This document shows, in pieces, positions 45,699-55,741 of a stretch of 64,000 bases of DNA. Source of the stretch: an uncultured Bacilli bacterium (lineage in GTDB: Bacteria; Bacillota_I; Bacilli_A; RF39; UBA660); assembly GCA_934085825.1 (NCBI GenBank), contig CAKOHR010000002.1, forward strand, positions 113,682 to 177,681. Reading direction: 5' to 3'. Below the pieces are notes generated by a model. The model saw only the letters and a program-made list of their open reading frames with translations, did not search any database and was not told the origin of the DNA. Position numbers and translations under genes: made by a program. How positions within the stretch are numbered: the first letter of the stretch is position 1; every line of letters begins with the position of its first letter.

Positions 45699-47723
45699 CT
45701 ATTCTTTATTACAATTAACACAAGTTACTTCACCATTTTTATCCACTAGAAGCTCACCACAATCTGGGCATATATCTCCAGTTGGTTTATACCAAAGTGC
45801 ATATTTACATTTTGGATAATTATTACATCCATAGAATATTTTACCTTTTTTAGTTTTTCTTTCTACGATCATACCTTTGTCGCATTTTGGACACTTGCAA
45901 ACTTCCACAACTTCTTTTTTTTCTTTCTTTATATATTTACATGTAGGATAATTACTACATGCCACAAAGTCTCCATATTTTCCTTTTCTTATAACTAATG
46001 GACTTCCACATTCTGGACAAATTTCTCCTGTTTCTTCTGGACCTTTCTTTTCCATTTCATGAAAAGCTTTTTCTACTAGTGGTTCAAATTCATCATAAAA
46101 TTCATGTAAAACTTTTAAATAATCTATTTTATTTTCTGCAATTTTATCTAAATCTTCTTCCATATTAGCAGTATATTCAACATTTACAATACCACTAAAG
46201 AATTCTTGTAATTTATCAGTTGTTTCAATACCAATTTCTGTTGGTTCAAACTTTTTATCTTTTAAAACTACATATCCTCTATCTTTGATGGTACCTACAA
46301 TAGTTGCATATGTTGAAGGTCTACCTATACCTAAGCTTTCCATTTCTTTAATTAAGCTACTTTCCGTAAATCTTGGTGCTGGCTTAGTAAAATGTTGTGT
46401 TTTAGTTATATCATCGGCTGTTATACAACCTGATTTATAATTTTTTAAGTCTGGAAGTATTACATCTTCACTATCTTCATACTCACCATATACTTTTAAA
46501 TAACCATCAAATGTAAGAACACTACCTGTTGCTTTAAATGTATATCCATTATTTTCAAGTATTACTGTGGTTGCAAGTGTTTTGGCATCAGCCATTAATG
46601 AAGCTAGTGCCCTTGTATAAATAAGTTTATATAACTTAAATTCATCATTTGTTAAATATGCCTTAACTTCTTCAGGTGTTCTATTAATGCTAGTTGGTCT
46701 TATACCTTCATGGGCATCTTGCATATTTTCATTCTTTTTACCTTTTTTAACATAACCAATGTAATTTTCTCCAAACTTACCTTTAATAAAACCAAATGTT
46801 TCTTTAACAAATGTATCACTTACTCTAACACTATCGGTTCTCATGTAAGTAATTAAACCTACAGTTTCATTTTGTAAAGTTTTTCCTTCATATAAATCTT
46901 GAGCTATTTTCATTGTTTTACTTGGAGCAAAGCCTAATTTATTAGATGCTGCTTGCTCTAAAGTACTAGTTTTAAATACTTCTCTTGCTACTTTATTCTT
47001 TTCTTTTTCAGTTACACTTTCTATTTTAAATGATTTAGAAAGATTACTTAATATTTCATCTGCTACTACTTCATTCGGAATTTCAATATCTTTGCCATGA
47101 TATTTGTCTAAACTAGCTTTAAAGTCTTTAAAATCTGCTTCAATTGTCCAATATTCTCTTGGTATAAAACTTTGAATTTCTCTTTCTCTATCTACAATTA
47201 ATTTTAAAGCTACACTTTGTACTCTACCTGCTGATTTACCCCCAGTTTTCCTTTGCATTAACTTACTTAATCTAAAACCTATTATTCTATCTAAGAATCT
47301 TCTAGTTTCACCAGACTTAACTAAGTTCATATCTATTTTACCAGGATTATTAATAGCATTTATTACAACATCTTTAGTTATTTCATTAAATACTACTCTT
47401 TTATATTTTTCATCAGGTATTTTTACTTCATCATAAATATGCCAAGAAATTGTTTCTCCTTCACGATCTGGGTCGGTTGCAAGATATACAGTTTCGGCAT
47501 CTTTAACATCTTTTTTTAAAGCCGTCACTTCTTTATTCTTACCTTTAATTATTTGATAATTTGGTTTAAAATCATTTTCAATATCTAGTCCTAAACCATA
47601 TTTTCCAGTGGTTGCTAAATCTCTAATATGCCCTTTACTAGAAACAACTTTGTAGTCATTTCCTAAATATTTCTCTATGGTTTTACATTTAGCTGGAGAT
47701 TCCACTATTACTAAGTTTTTCAA
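45699..47723 (-). CDS. topA: DNA topoisomerase I
   Basis: TOPRIM N-terminus (LVIVESPAK); catalytic Tyr region; three C-terminal C4 zinc ribbons. Confidence 0.9.
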   Translation of the reverse strand: MKNLVIVESPAKCKTIEKYLGNDYKVVSSKGHIRDLATTGKYGLGLDIENDFKPNYQIIKGKNKEVTALKKDVKDAETVYLATDPDREGETISWHIYDEVKIPDEKYKRVVFNEITKDVVINAINNPGKIDMNLVKSGETRRFLDRIIGFRLSKLMQRKTGGKSAGRVQSVALKLIVDREREIQSFIPREYWTIEADFKDFKASLDKYHGKDIEIPNEVVADEILSNLSKSFKIESVTEKEKNKVAREVFKTSTLEQAASNKLGFAPSKTMKIAQDLYEGKTLQNETVGLITYMRTDSVRVSDTFVKETFGFIKGKFGENYIGYVKKGKKNENMQDAHEGIRPTSINRTPEEVKAYLTNDEFKLYKLIYTRALASLMADAKTLATTVILENNGYTFKATGSVLTFDGYLKVYGEYEDSEDVILPDLKNYKSGCITADDITKTQHFTKPAPRFTESSLIKEMESLGIGRPSTYATIVGTIKDRGYVVLKDKKFEPTEIGIETTDKLQEFFSGIVNVEYTANMEEDLDKIAENKIDYLKVLHEFYDEFEPLVEKAFHEMEKKGPEETGEICPECGSPLVIRKGKYGDFVACSNYPTCKYIKKEKKEVVEVCKCPKCDKGMIVERKTKKGKIFYGCNNYPKCKYALWYKPTGDICPDCGELLVDKNGEVTCVNCNKE

Positions 47724-47725
47724 AT

Positions 47726-49768
47726 TTATTCCTCCTTATTATCATTTGCAGCTTTATAGGAATTTATTTTATTTTCTAAATAATTAAAATAATCATTACG
47801 GATAATAGCTTCACTAATTTGCATTCTATTAGTTATTATATTGTTTATTTTAATTAACTCATCAGTGTTATATAATTTATCAGTATAGTATTTGACAGTA
47901 CCACTACTTGCATCATAATATACATCACCATTTTTCCATGAACCATCTGCAAAAGCTACAACATTTAGATAATCATCACTAAAGACATCAGTTCCCATAT
48001 AATATCTTGGATCATAGTCTAAATTAAATAAATTAGCTAGAGTTGGAGTTAAATTAATATAAGAACTGTATTTTTCTACTACTTCACTTTTAATTTTAGA
48101 ATTATAGATAACCATTGGTGTTCTTTCTACTTCATAATCTTCTAAATCATATGTTAAAACGTCTGATATATCTTTATTCTTTAATCCATATGGATAATGA
48201 TCTCCATACATCACTATGACTGTATCATCCAATTTTCCAGCTTCTTTTAATTTATTTATTAAAATTCCTAAACTATTATCAAAAGTCTTTAGTTTTGACA
48301 TATATCTTCTTAATTCTATTGAATAATTCGTTCCTTCAGTAATACTTAAATATTTATCTCCTTCAACACTTGATTGAGTATACGGTTGATGAGCAGAAAC
48401 AGTTGTAAGCCATAACATAAAAGGCTTATCACTTGAATCATTATTTAATGTTATGTCCATGGCAACATTCATAAAATCTTCATCGCTAGCCCAGTTTCGA
48501 TATTCATTATAATATTTTATTCCCAAATCATCAACTCCATAGTATGCTTCACCACCTAAATTTTTATGAATTATGCTTCTTGCATAATAGTGTTCTGTGT
48601 AATCATGCATACTTGTTGCTTTATATCCAGCATTTTTAAAAATATTAAAAATTGACGTAAAATATTTATTATCTTTGAAAACATTTGCAGTACAATTATT
48701 TTGAATTGTGTAAAGACTAGTCATACCACTAAACTCATTATTACCTGTTGCACAACTATTTCTAGGACTATAATTATTTTTAAAACTTATTCCTTCTGTA
48801 TATAATTTGTAGAAGTTTGGATATAAGTCTTTATTTATAATTATTTCACTTGTACTTTCCATCATTATTACAATAACATTTTTTCCTTCAAACATGCCTG
48901 TGTGATCATTGTAATCTGTTATGGATTTATTTTTAATATATTTATTTATATTATTTAGTGTAGTATCAGTTTCATTTTTTATAATATCATCTAATACGGT
49001 GTCATCAATTTTTCTCTTTTGTTCTGTTTTACTATCACTATTAGTATTTTCATACGCAGCATATGTTGTTTTACTTGGAGCTTCAACCATGCTAGATTTT
49101 ATATCTAAAAAGCCAAAGCCTAAAATTCCAAATTGATTTATTGTTGTACTTGGAACACTTGGGTAAGCAAATAATTCTTTATTACTTACGGTTTGTAGCT
49201 TATTTTGCATAAATGGTATGTCTAATGTTTCATAGTATAAAAAACCACTGAAAACTAAAAGTAAAATACTAGTTATTGTTCTGATACCAGGTTCAAAAAC
49301 TATATTAGTTTTTAAAGGGAATTTTTTATCAATTCTTTTTTCTGTTAATTTGTCTAAAAATATATAATATAAAATTAATAATATAAACGGTATAAAAGCT
49401 AAATAATATGTTAACTTAAATGATGAAAAAAAGTCTAAAATATAGTCTTTAACAGCTCCTAGTTGACTTTTAGTATTAATTGATGCATAAACACCAATAA
49501 AGTTATTAAAGCCTATTTGGAAAAATGTATATGTACTTATAACAAATGTTGCAACTAGTAATAATACTTTGCTTATAATTTTATTAAACCAAGATAAAAT
49601 AAAGCTTAGTAAGATACTTACAAAGTTTACCCCGATAAATATTCTTAAAATAGCTATGTTATTTAATGATATTCCACTTATTAATCTAAATGCTACTTCT
49701 AATAATGAAAAAAATATTAGTAGTATAACATAATTTTTTATTAAATTATTCTTTAACAAATTCTTCAT
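47726..49768 (-). CDS. LtaS-family lipoteichoic acid synthase / sulfatase-like membrane protein
   Basis: Five N-terminal TM helices plus an extracellular alkaline-phosphatase-superfamily domain (IVIMMESTSE, HQPY). Confidence 0.7.
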   Translation of the reverse strand: MKNLLKNNLIKNYVILLIFFSLLEVAFRLISGISLNNIAILRIFIGVNFVSILLSFILSWFNKIISKVLLLVATFVISTYTFFQIGFNNFIGVYASINTKSQLGAVKDYILDFFSSFKLTYYLAFIPFILLILYYIFLDKLTEKRIDKKFPLKTNIVFEPGIRTITSILLLVFSGFLYYETLDIPFMQNKLQTVSNKELFAYPSVPSTTINQFGILGFGFLDIKSSMVEAPSKTTYAAYENTNSDSKTEQKRKIDDTVLDDIIKNETDTTLNNINKYIKNKSITDYNDHTGMFEGKNVIVIMMESTSEIIINKDLYPNFYKLYTEGISFKNNYSPRNSCATGNNEFSGMTSLYTIQNNCTANVFKDNKYFTSIFNIFKNAGYKATSMHDYTEHYYARSIIHKNLGGEAYYGVDDLGIKYYNEYRNWASDEDFMNVAMDITLNNDSSDKPFMLWLTTVSAHQPYTQSSVEGDKYLSITEGTNYSIELRRYMSKLKTFDNSLGILINKLKEAGKLDDTVIVMYGDHYPYGLKNKDISDVLTYDLEDYEVERTPMVIYNSKIKSEVVEKYSSYINLTPTLANLFNLDYDPRYYMGTDVFSDDYLNVVAFADGSWKNGDVYYDASSGTVKYYTDKLYNTDELIKINNIITNRMQISEAIIRNDYFNYLENKINSYKAANDNKEE

Positions 49769-50381
49769 TCTTTACCTCCAATAATGCTTTTACAGGCTTA
49801 TATGTAAGTCTATAATTATCTAATATTCCATATTTTTTGATATTTTCAAGATGTTTCTTAGTTGGATATCCCTTATGATCCTTAAAACCGTATTCAGGGT
49901 ATTTTTTATCTAATTCATACATCATTTTATCACGCGTTACTTTAGCTATTACACTTGCTGCGGCGATGTTTAACGATAAAGCATCACCATGAATGATAGC
50001 TTTTGAATTTTCCATAGGAAGTGGCATTGCATCTGTTAAAACATATTCAGGTTTAACATTTAAACCATTAATTGCTTCTAACATGGCTTTTCTACTTGCC
50101 TCATAGATATTTATTTCATCTATAGTTTTAGCATCCACTATGCCAACCGCATAACTTATGGCATCCTTTTTTATTATTTCATAAAATTTATCTCTCTTTT
50201 TTTCACTTAATTGTTTAGAATCTATTAAACCTTCTAAAGTATAATTCTTAGGAAGAATAACTGCAGCAGCAACAACAGGGCCACACAAAGGACCTCTGCC
50301 TGCTTCATCTGTTCCAGCTATTAAAGTTATTCCTTCTTTATATAATTCTTTTTCATATTTTAATAAATCTACTTCTTCCAT
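49746..50381 (-). CDS. rnhB: Ribonuclease HII
   Basis: GTDEAGRGPLCGPVVAAAV catalytic motif. Confidence 0.9.
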   Translation of the reverse strand: MEEVDLLKYEKELYKEGITLIAGTDEAGRGPLCGPVVAAAVILPKNYTLEGLIDSKQLSEKKRDKFYEIIKKDAISYAVGIVDAKTIDEINIYEASRKAMLEAINGLNVKPEYVLTDAMPLPMENSKAIIHGDALSLNIAAASVIAKVTRDKMMYELDKKYPEYGFKDHKGYPTKKHLENIKKYGILDNYRLTYKPVKALLEVKNEEFVKE

Positions 50382-51229
50382 CTATCAAATGTTACTCCTT
50401 TAAGTGAACCGCTCACTAAATCATTATACACCTTGTTTGATACTTTTTCATAGTCTATTTCCCCATCTTTTTCAAAAAAATTAAATTTTTTGGCTATAGC
50501 CGTAAAAATTTCACTTGGATCATTGCTTATTTCAATCTTATATTTATTTTCTAATATATCTTTATAATAATTTTTAAAGAATGTGATAAGATAACCTCCA
50601 ATATCTGTCATGTTTAACACTTCCATTTTAATAGTGGCAGTTGATGCTAAACTTAATGCTTCAGTGTTATCTTCAATTTTAGGCCAAAGTATCCCCGGTG
50701 TGTCTAAAAGTAGAAAACCATTGCTTGTTTTTAACCAATTTACTTGCTTGGTAACTCCCGGTTTATTACCAGTGCTAGTGACTTTTCTACCTGCTAATTT
50801 ATTTATCAAAGTACTTTTGCCTACATTAGGTATCCCTACTACACCAATTTTTATTTCTTTATTTTTTAAACCTTTTTCTTTTCTTTTTTCTTGAATTGGT
50901 TTAGCAAGTTCATTAGTAAGCTTAATTAATTTTTTATAATCGTCATTGTTAGTTAAATCTACAAGCATTACTTTATACCCCTTATTTTCATAAAATTTTG
51001 CCCATTTGTTTGTTTCATCTAAATCACACAAATCCTTTTTAGTCATAACTAAAATACGTGGTTTATCTTTTATTATCTCTTCCATGCCTTTCATCTTTGA
51101 AGATAATGGCATCCTTGCATCTATGCACTCATATATTATATCTATTAAATTTATTCTTTCTTTTATTTCCCTTTTGGCCTTTACCATATGACCTGGATAA
51201 TATTGTATTACTTTTCCTAGTTCGTCCAT
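50369..51229 (-). CDS. rbgA: Ribosome biogenesis GTPase A (RbgA/YlqF)
   Basis: Circularly permuted GTPase: G4 motif TKKD lies before G1 motif GIPNVGKST; rplS-ylqF-rnhB synteny. Confidence 0.85.
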   Translation of the reverse strand: MDELGKVIQYYPGHMVKAKREIKERINLIDIIYECIDARMPLSSKMKGMEEIIKDKPRILVMTKKDLCDLDETNKWAKFYENKGYKVMLVDLTNNDDYKKLIKLTNELAKPIQEKRKEKGLKNKEIKIGVVGIPNVGKSTLINKLAGRKVTSTGNKPGVTKQVNWLKTSNGFLLLDTPGILWPKIEDNTEALSLASTATIKMEVLNMTDIGGYLITFFKNYYKDILENKYKIEISNDPSEIFTAIAKKFNFFEKDGEIDYEKVSNKVYNDLVSGSLKGVTFDRWKK

Positions 51230-51713
51230 ATGCTTTCCTCCTTTTTACAAGTGTTTATTATAACATTTTTTTATTTCATATGATAGTTTTTTTGTTCAAT
51301 TTTTTATTTGTTTTACATTATCTTTTTTGTATTTTACTTATTGGTTTAATTTCCAATTAATTTTTCTCTTTTATCATTCTTAACTTTAGCATTCTCCAAT
51401 AATGAGTCAATCTGCACTATCTGTTAGTGTAAATATTAAAATAAAATGTAGGAATATGACAAAATAAAATGTCGTTTTTCCTACATTTTTAAAATGATAT
51501 AATTACATCTAAAAATGGAGAGTTATTTGTTATAAATATATTTTTAATGAGATTTCATTATAGTAAAAAGTTTTTTGCTAAATTAACAATAACTTGGCAA
51601 CCATTATGGTTAGAGAAGGAAAATACCAAAAAAGCCCATAATGAAATAAACAATTAAGAACGGATATAGGATTTAATATATTTTATGTTAAATTTGCTAA
51701 AGTTAAAATGCAG

Positions 51714-52205
51714 TTAAATTTTTCCAAATTTACTAAACGGAAATAATCTAAATACAACTTTGCCTTTTATTTCTTTCTCTTTGATTGGGCCAAAATATCT
51801 TGAATCTTTACTAATAAGTCTATTATCCCCTAAAATAAAATACTCATTACTTTTTAAAGTTATTCTATCATAATCACTTGTCATGCCGTAAGCATACTTA
51901 TCCTCTATTTTTTTATCATTAATATATATTTCTCCATCTTTAATAGCTACGGTATCTCCAGGCATACCAATAACTCTTTTAATTATTTTTTCATCATCAT
52001 CAGTTTCGTGAAGAACAATGACATCAAATCTTTTAATCTTACTTAACTTATAAAGTATTAGAATATCTCCATTCTTAAATGTCTTATTCATACTGTCACC
52101 ATCAACCCTAACTGGCGTTGCAATAAATGAACGGATAAGTACAACTACAATTACAATAACAATGTATGGTATTAATTCTTTAATTACTTTTTTTATAAAA
52201 ATCAA
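51714..52205 (-). CDS. lepB: Signal peptidase I (bacterial P-type)
   Basis: Catalytic Ser (VDGDSM) and Lys (KRVIG) boxes; GDNRLISKDSR box E. Confidence 0.85.
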   Translation of the reverse strand: MIFIKKVIKELIPYIVIVIVVVLIRSFIATPVRVDGDSMNKTFKNGDILILYKLSKIKRFDVIVLHETDDDEKIIKRVIGMPGDTVAIKDGEIYINDKKIEDKYAYGMTSDYDRITLKSNEYFILGDNRLISKDSRYFGPIKEKEIKGKVVFRLFPFSKFGKI

Positions 52206-52230
52206 CTCCTAAACGAAAGAAAGGAAAGAA

Positions 52231-52572
52231 TTAACTTCTTTCCTTAACTTTATATTCTTTACGCATTCCTTTGATAAAGTTAAGCTTAGCTCTACGAACT
52301 TTACCTTTTTTGATTACCACAATTTTATCAATTGTTGGGGCATTAACTGGGAATATTCTTTGAACACCAACAGTTCCACTTTTTTTACGAACTGTAAATG
52401 TTTCAGAAACTCCTCCACCTCTTTTAGCTATTACAAGGCCTTCAAAAGATTGGATTCTTTCTTTTTTTCCTTCTTTTACCCAAACATCAACTCTAACTGT
52501 GTCCCCAACTCTAAATTCTGGAACATCTTTACGAATATGTTTTTCAGCAATTTTGTCAACTAAATTTGCCAT
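52231..52572 (-). CDS. rplS: 50S ribosomal protein L19
   Basis: 113 aa; FRVGDTVRV...GVQRIFPVNAP is the L19 signature. Confidence 0.9.
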   Translation of the reverse strand: MANLVDKIAEKHIRKDVPEFRVGDTVRVDVWVKEGKKERIQSFEGLVIAKRGGGVSETFTVRKKSGTVGVQRIFPVNAPTIDKIVVIKKGKVRRAKLNFIKGMRKEYKVKERS

Positions 52573-52680
52573 CTTCTATACCTCCTTATTTTATTACCTA
52601 TAATCTTATAAAATTTATAGCGGATTATATACCTTTTTTGGGTCACCAATATATTACCATATTTTTTTAATATATGCAAG

Positions 52681-53733
52681 CTAAAATAATCTAATTATAT
52701 CTTGAATTGTAATATAAATCATTAAAAGCATTAGAAGTGCAAAACCTACTAAGTGACAAGCATTTTCAAATTTAGCATTAACTGGTTTTCTTCTTAAAGC
52801 TTCAACGATAAGGAAGAATACTCTACCACCATCAAATGCTGGGAATGGCAAAATATTAATAAATCCTACATTAATTGATAAAAATGCAGTCAAATATATC
52901 ATATAATTAAGACCTAAAGCTACTCCATCATCTACAATTTTATACATGCCAACTGGACCAGATAAAGCACTTGCACTAATCTTACCAGTAATTAGACCAG
53001 TTATAGTAAGCCACATTGAATGAACAACACTGCCAAATTTCATGAAAGCATATTTTATAGAACCAAAGAAACCTGTTAATGTATTTCCTTCAACTTCAAT
53101 ACCAAATACTTGCCTTTCATTACCATCAGCATCTTTTTCTACTTTTGGGATAACTTTATATGTTTCTTTTTTACCATCTTCATGCTTTACTTCAAATGTG
53201 TAATATTCATTTTTATTCTTCATAACTAGAATTATTTGAGCTACATCCCAGCTAGAAACTTTATAACCATTTATCGCTGTTATTGTATCGCCACTAGTAA
53301 TACCTGCTTCAGCCATTGGATAATTTTCTACTGCATTTTTTACTACTGGTTTAAGTGTACTTCCACCCCATATTAAACTACTTATAAAAAGTAATACTAT
53401 AGCTAAAATAAAATTATTTACAACACCAGCTATTAAAATAATTACTCTTTGCCACCAAGGCTTGTTACACATGTAATCTTCTTTTTTTATTTTTTCATCT
53501 GCATCTTCATAAACTTCTCCAGCCATTGAAACATATCCGCCAATTGGAAAAGCTCTGATGTTATAATCTATTTTATCTTTACCCTTGTGAGTATGGATAA
53601 CTGGACCCATGCCAATTGAAAATTCATAAATATGAACGCCAAACTTTTTAGCCCAAATAAAGTGTCCAAACTCATGAATTAAAATAATAATTCCAAGTAT
53701 AAATATAAGTATTAATAATGATATAATCCACAT
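52681..53733 (-). CDS. rseP: Site-2 protease RseP (RIP metalloprotease)
   Basis: HEFGH zinc motif in TM1; PDZ domain; LDG motif region; follows cdsA. Confidence 0.85.
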   Translation of the reverse strand: MWIISLLILIFILGIIILIHEFGHFIWAKKFGVHIYEFSIGMGPVIHTHKGKDKIDYNIRAFPIGGYVSMAGEVYEDADEKIKKEDYMCNKPWWQRVIILIAGVVNNFILAIVLLFISSLIWGGSTLKPVVKNAVENYPMAEAGITSGDTITAINGYKVSSWDVAQIILVMKNKNEYYTFEVKHEDGKKETYKVIPKVEKDADGNERQVFGIEVEGNTLTGFFGSIKYAFMKFGSVVHSMWLTITGLITGKISASALSGPVGMYKIVDDGVALGLNYMIYLTAFLSINVGFINILPFPAFDGGRVFFLIVEALRRKPVNAKFENACHLVGFALLMLLMIYITIQDIIRLF

Positions 53734-53746
53734 AATCCATTCCTCC

Positions 53747-54535
53747 TTAAAATATTATCATAAACATATATGCTAAAAATACAAATATACTGCTATCAAT
53801 ACGATCTAAAATACCACCGTGACCAGGCATTAAATTAGAAAAGTCTTTAATACCATTTTCACGTTTAATACGACTTAATACTAAATCTCCCATTTGGCCA
53901 ATAATTGATAGAACTATGGTAATTAATATAATTTTAAATGAAATACTTCCTAATAATAGCTTATATAAAACAACTCCACCGATGGTGCCAAAAATTAAAC
54001 CTCCAATTGAACCTTCCCAAGTCTTATTTGGACTTATGTTAACACACATTTTATTTTTACCAAATTTAGAGCCAATTAAATAAGCGAATATGTCGTTAAA
54101 GGTTGGAATAATAAGTAAGAATAGTAGTGTTTTAAAGCTTCTCATTCTAACTATAACAAAAGAATTTAATGCAAGGCCTAAAAATAAAATTGTTCCTAAT
54201 AAATATATAGCATCTTTAGATGAGTACTCACCTTCTTTATAAAATATAACGGGAGTAATAATGCCTATGGTTATTAATGCTAGTGTTTGGTAAGAAAATC
54301 CATAATAAATGGATAAATTACTATTATTTGATAAAATTAAACTAAGTAGTGAGATTAGCCCTAGAAAAATCATAAAATTAGGTATTTTACCATGAGATTT
54401 TTTTAAATCCACCATTTCTTTGAAAGCAAGGGCTCCCACTAAACAAATTAAAAGTTCAAAATATATTCCTCCAAGTAATACCAAAGGAACTACTACTATT
54501 AATGCCACAATTGCAGTAATTATTCTTGTTTTCAT
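53747..54535 (-). CDS. cdsA: Phosphatidate cytidylyltransferase
   Basis: 262 aa polytopic protein; C-terminal signature SRIKRENGIKDFSNLMPGHGGILDRIDS. Confidence 0.85.
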   Translation of the reverse strand: MKTRIITAIVALIVVVPLVLLGGIYFELLICLVGALAFKEMVDLKKSHGKIPNFMIFLGLISLLSLILSNNSNLSIYYGFSYQTLALITIGIITPVIFYKEGEYSSKDAIYLLGTILFLGLALNSFVIVRMRSFKTLLFLLIIPTFNDIFAYLIGSKFGKNKMCVNISPNKTWEGSIGGLIFGTIGGVVLYKLLLGSISFKIILITIVLSIIGQMGDLVLSRIKRENGIKDFSNLMPGHGGILDRIDSSIFVFLAYMFMIIF

Positions 54536-54644
54536 TTTTTACCTCCTAAGTATCATATACTTTATTGCAATCTTACCTATAAATTATATCTAATTATACT
54601 CACTTTGTAAATAATTTTATCATTTATCTTGCATATTATTTAAC

Positions 54645-55022
54645 ATGAATGATATAAATAAAAAATTAAAAAGACTTAAAAATGAAGATTTTATATGGAT
54701 TGTCTATTTTTTTATTGTTGTATTTGCTTTATATTCTAACAAACTTGATAGAAATTATTTATTAAAGAAAGATAATGAAGCTTATAAAAGAGAAAAATAT
54801 ATTAATATTACAATTTTTTTTGTTGCCTTTTTTATCTATTTATATTTTCTTCTCCTTTTAACTGAAGATATTGGCTCAATGGAAAAAAATTTTGATGATC
54901 CGGCATACAGATCAACTTTTATCCAACTTATTGCTGCCATCTTATTTTTAATCGGTGGTGCTATATACTTAATAAATGAAATAACTAGAAAAGATGATGC
55001 TTTGGATGTAGGATTAATATAA
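54645..55022 (+). CDS. Hypothetical membrane protein (125 aa, 3 TM)
   Basis: Plus-strand ORF with hydrophobic segments; no recognised motif. Confidence 0.4.
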   Translation: MNDINKKLKRLKNEDFIWIVYFFIVVFALYSNKLDRNYLLKKDNEAYKREKYINITIFFVAFFIYLYFLLLLTEDIGSMEKNFDDPAYRSTFIQLIAAILFLIGGAIYLINEITRKDDALDVGLI

Positions 55023-55036
55023 AAAAATAGACTTAA

Positions 55037-55246
55037 TTACTTAAATCTATTCATTTGTTGCATTACTTGTTTAACTTGTTTTTGACTTGGTTTTCTTCCC
55101 ATCGAAGACATCATAGCTTCAATCATTTTTTCATTAATCGGAGGATTTTTTTCTAAAGTCTTTTTCATTAAAGCTCTAGCTACAAAAAATCCAATTACAA
55201 GTCCAATTAAAATGCCTATTACTAAATATAATATTAATTTACCCAT
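55037..55246 (-). CDS. yneF: UPF0154 family membrane protein YneF
   Basis: 69 aa; VIGFFVARALMKKTLEKNPPINEKMIEAMMSSMGRKPSQKQVKQVMQQM matches YneF along its whole length. Confidence 0.8.
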   Translation of the reverse strand: MGKLILYLVIGILIGLVIGFFVARALMKKTLEKNPPINEKMIEAMMSSMGRKPSQKQVKQVMQQMNRFK

Positions 55247-55276
55247 AAAATTATCTCCTTTATGTATTCTATTTTA

Positions 55277-55693
55277 CTATAAATAAATAAGTTCTTCAAG
55301 CCAGAAATAATCTTTGTTTTGAAAATCACAAGCAAAGGCCTGCGTAATTGGTAAAAACTTTTTAATATCTCTATTAATAATGTTTGTTTTAAGAAGAATA
55401 TGACTATTTTTTACCGTAATTATAGTTTCTTCTTTACGATATTTATTTATTACTTTATGTGTGTCTCCACTTTTCATATAAAAATCATTATCTTTATTAA
55501 GTTCATATATTAATTTATTATATTTAAGCTTATCTATTGGTACAATTATTTGATCTAATAAATCCTTCCCAACTCCTACACTTGTTTTGTCTAAATAGTA
55601 TATATCTTCTAAAGATTTAAATAAATTATAGGGATTATCCTTAAGTAAAACTTGCATTTCTTTGTTAATTCTAAAAATATAAAAAGTCCTCAT
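55277..55693 (-). CDS. SirA/YneE-like (DUF2522) protein, called by position
   Basis: 138 aa. It sits between tkt and yneF exactly as sirA does in B. subtilis. N-terminus MRTFYIFRINKEMQ vs the SirA sequence MERHYYTYLIKEEF (recalled from memory). Confidence 0.35.
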   Translation of the reverse strand: MRTFYIFRINKEMQVLLKDNPYNLFKSLEDIYYLDKTSVGVGKDLLDQIIVPIDKLKYNKLIYELNKDNDFYMKSGDTHKVINKYRKEETIITVKNSHILLKTNIINRDIKKFLPITQAFACDFQNKDYFWLEELIYL

Positions 55694-55741
55694 ATTATCA
55701 CCTTCCGAATATATGATAACATAAAGACTGTAAGATATTTG

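Noticed and set aside
51230-51713. A 480-bp spacer between rbgA and lepB with a strong hairpin (ATGTAGGA...TCCTACAT followed by a T-run, 51438-51480) was examined for a hidden gene or sRNA.
   Set aside because: No convincing promoter/Shine-Dalgarno/ORF combination or conserved RNA motif could be recognised by eye. It is most likely just a lepB terminator in an unusually long spacer.
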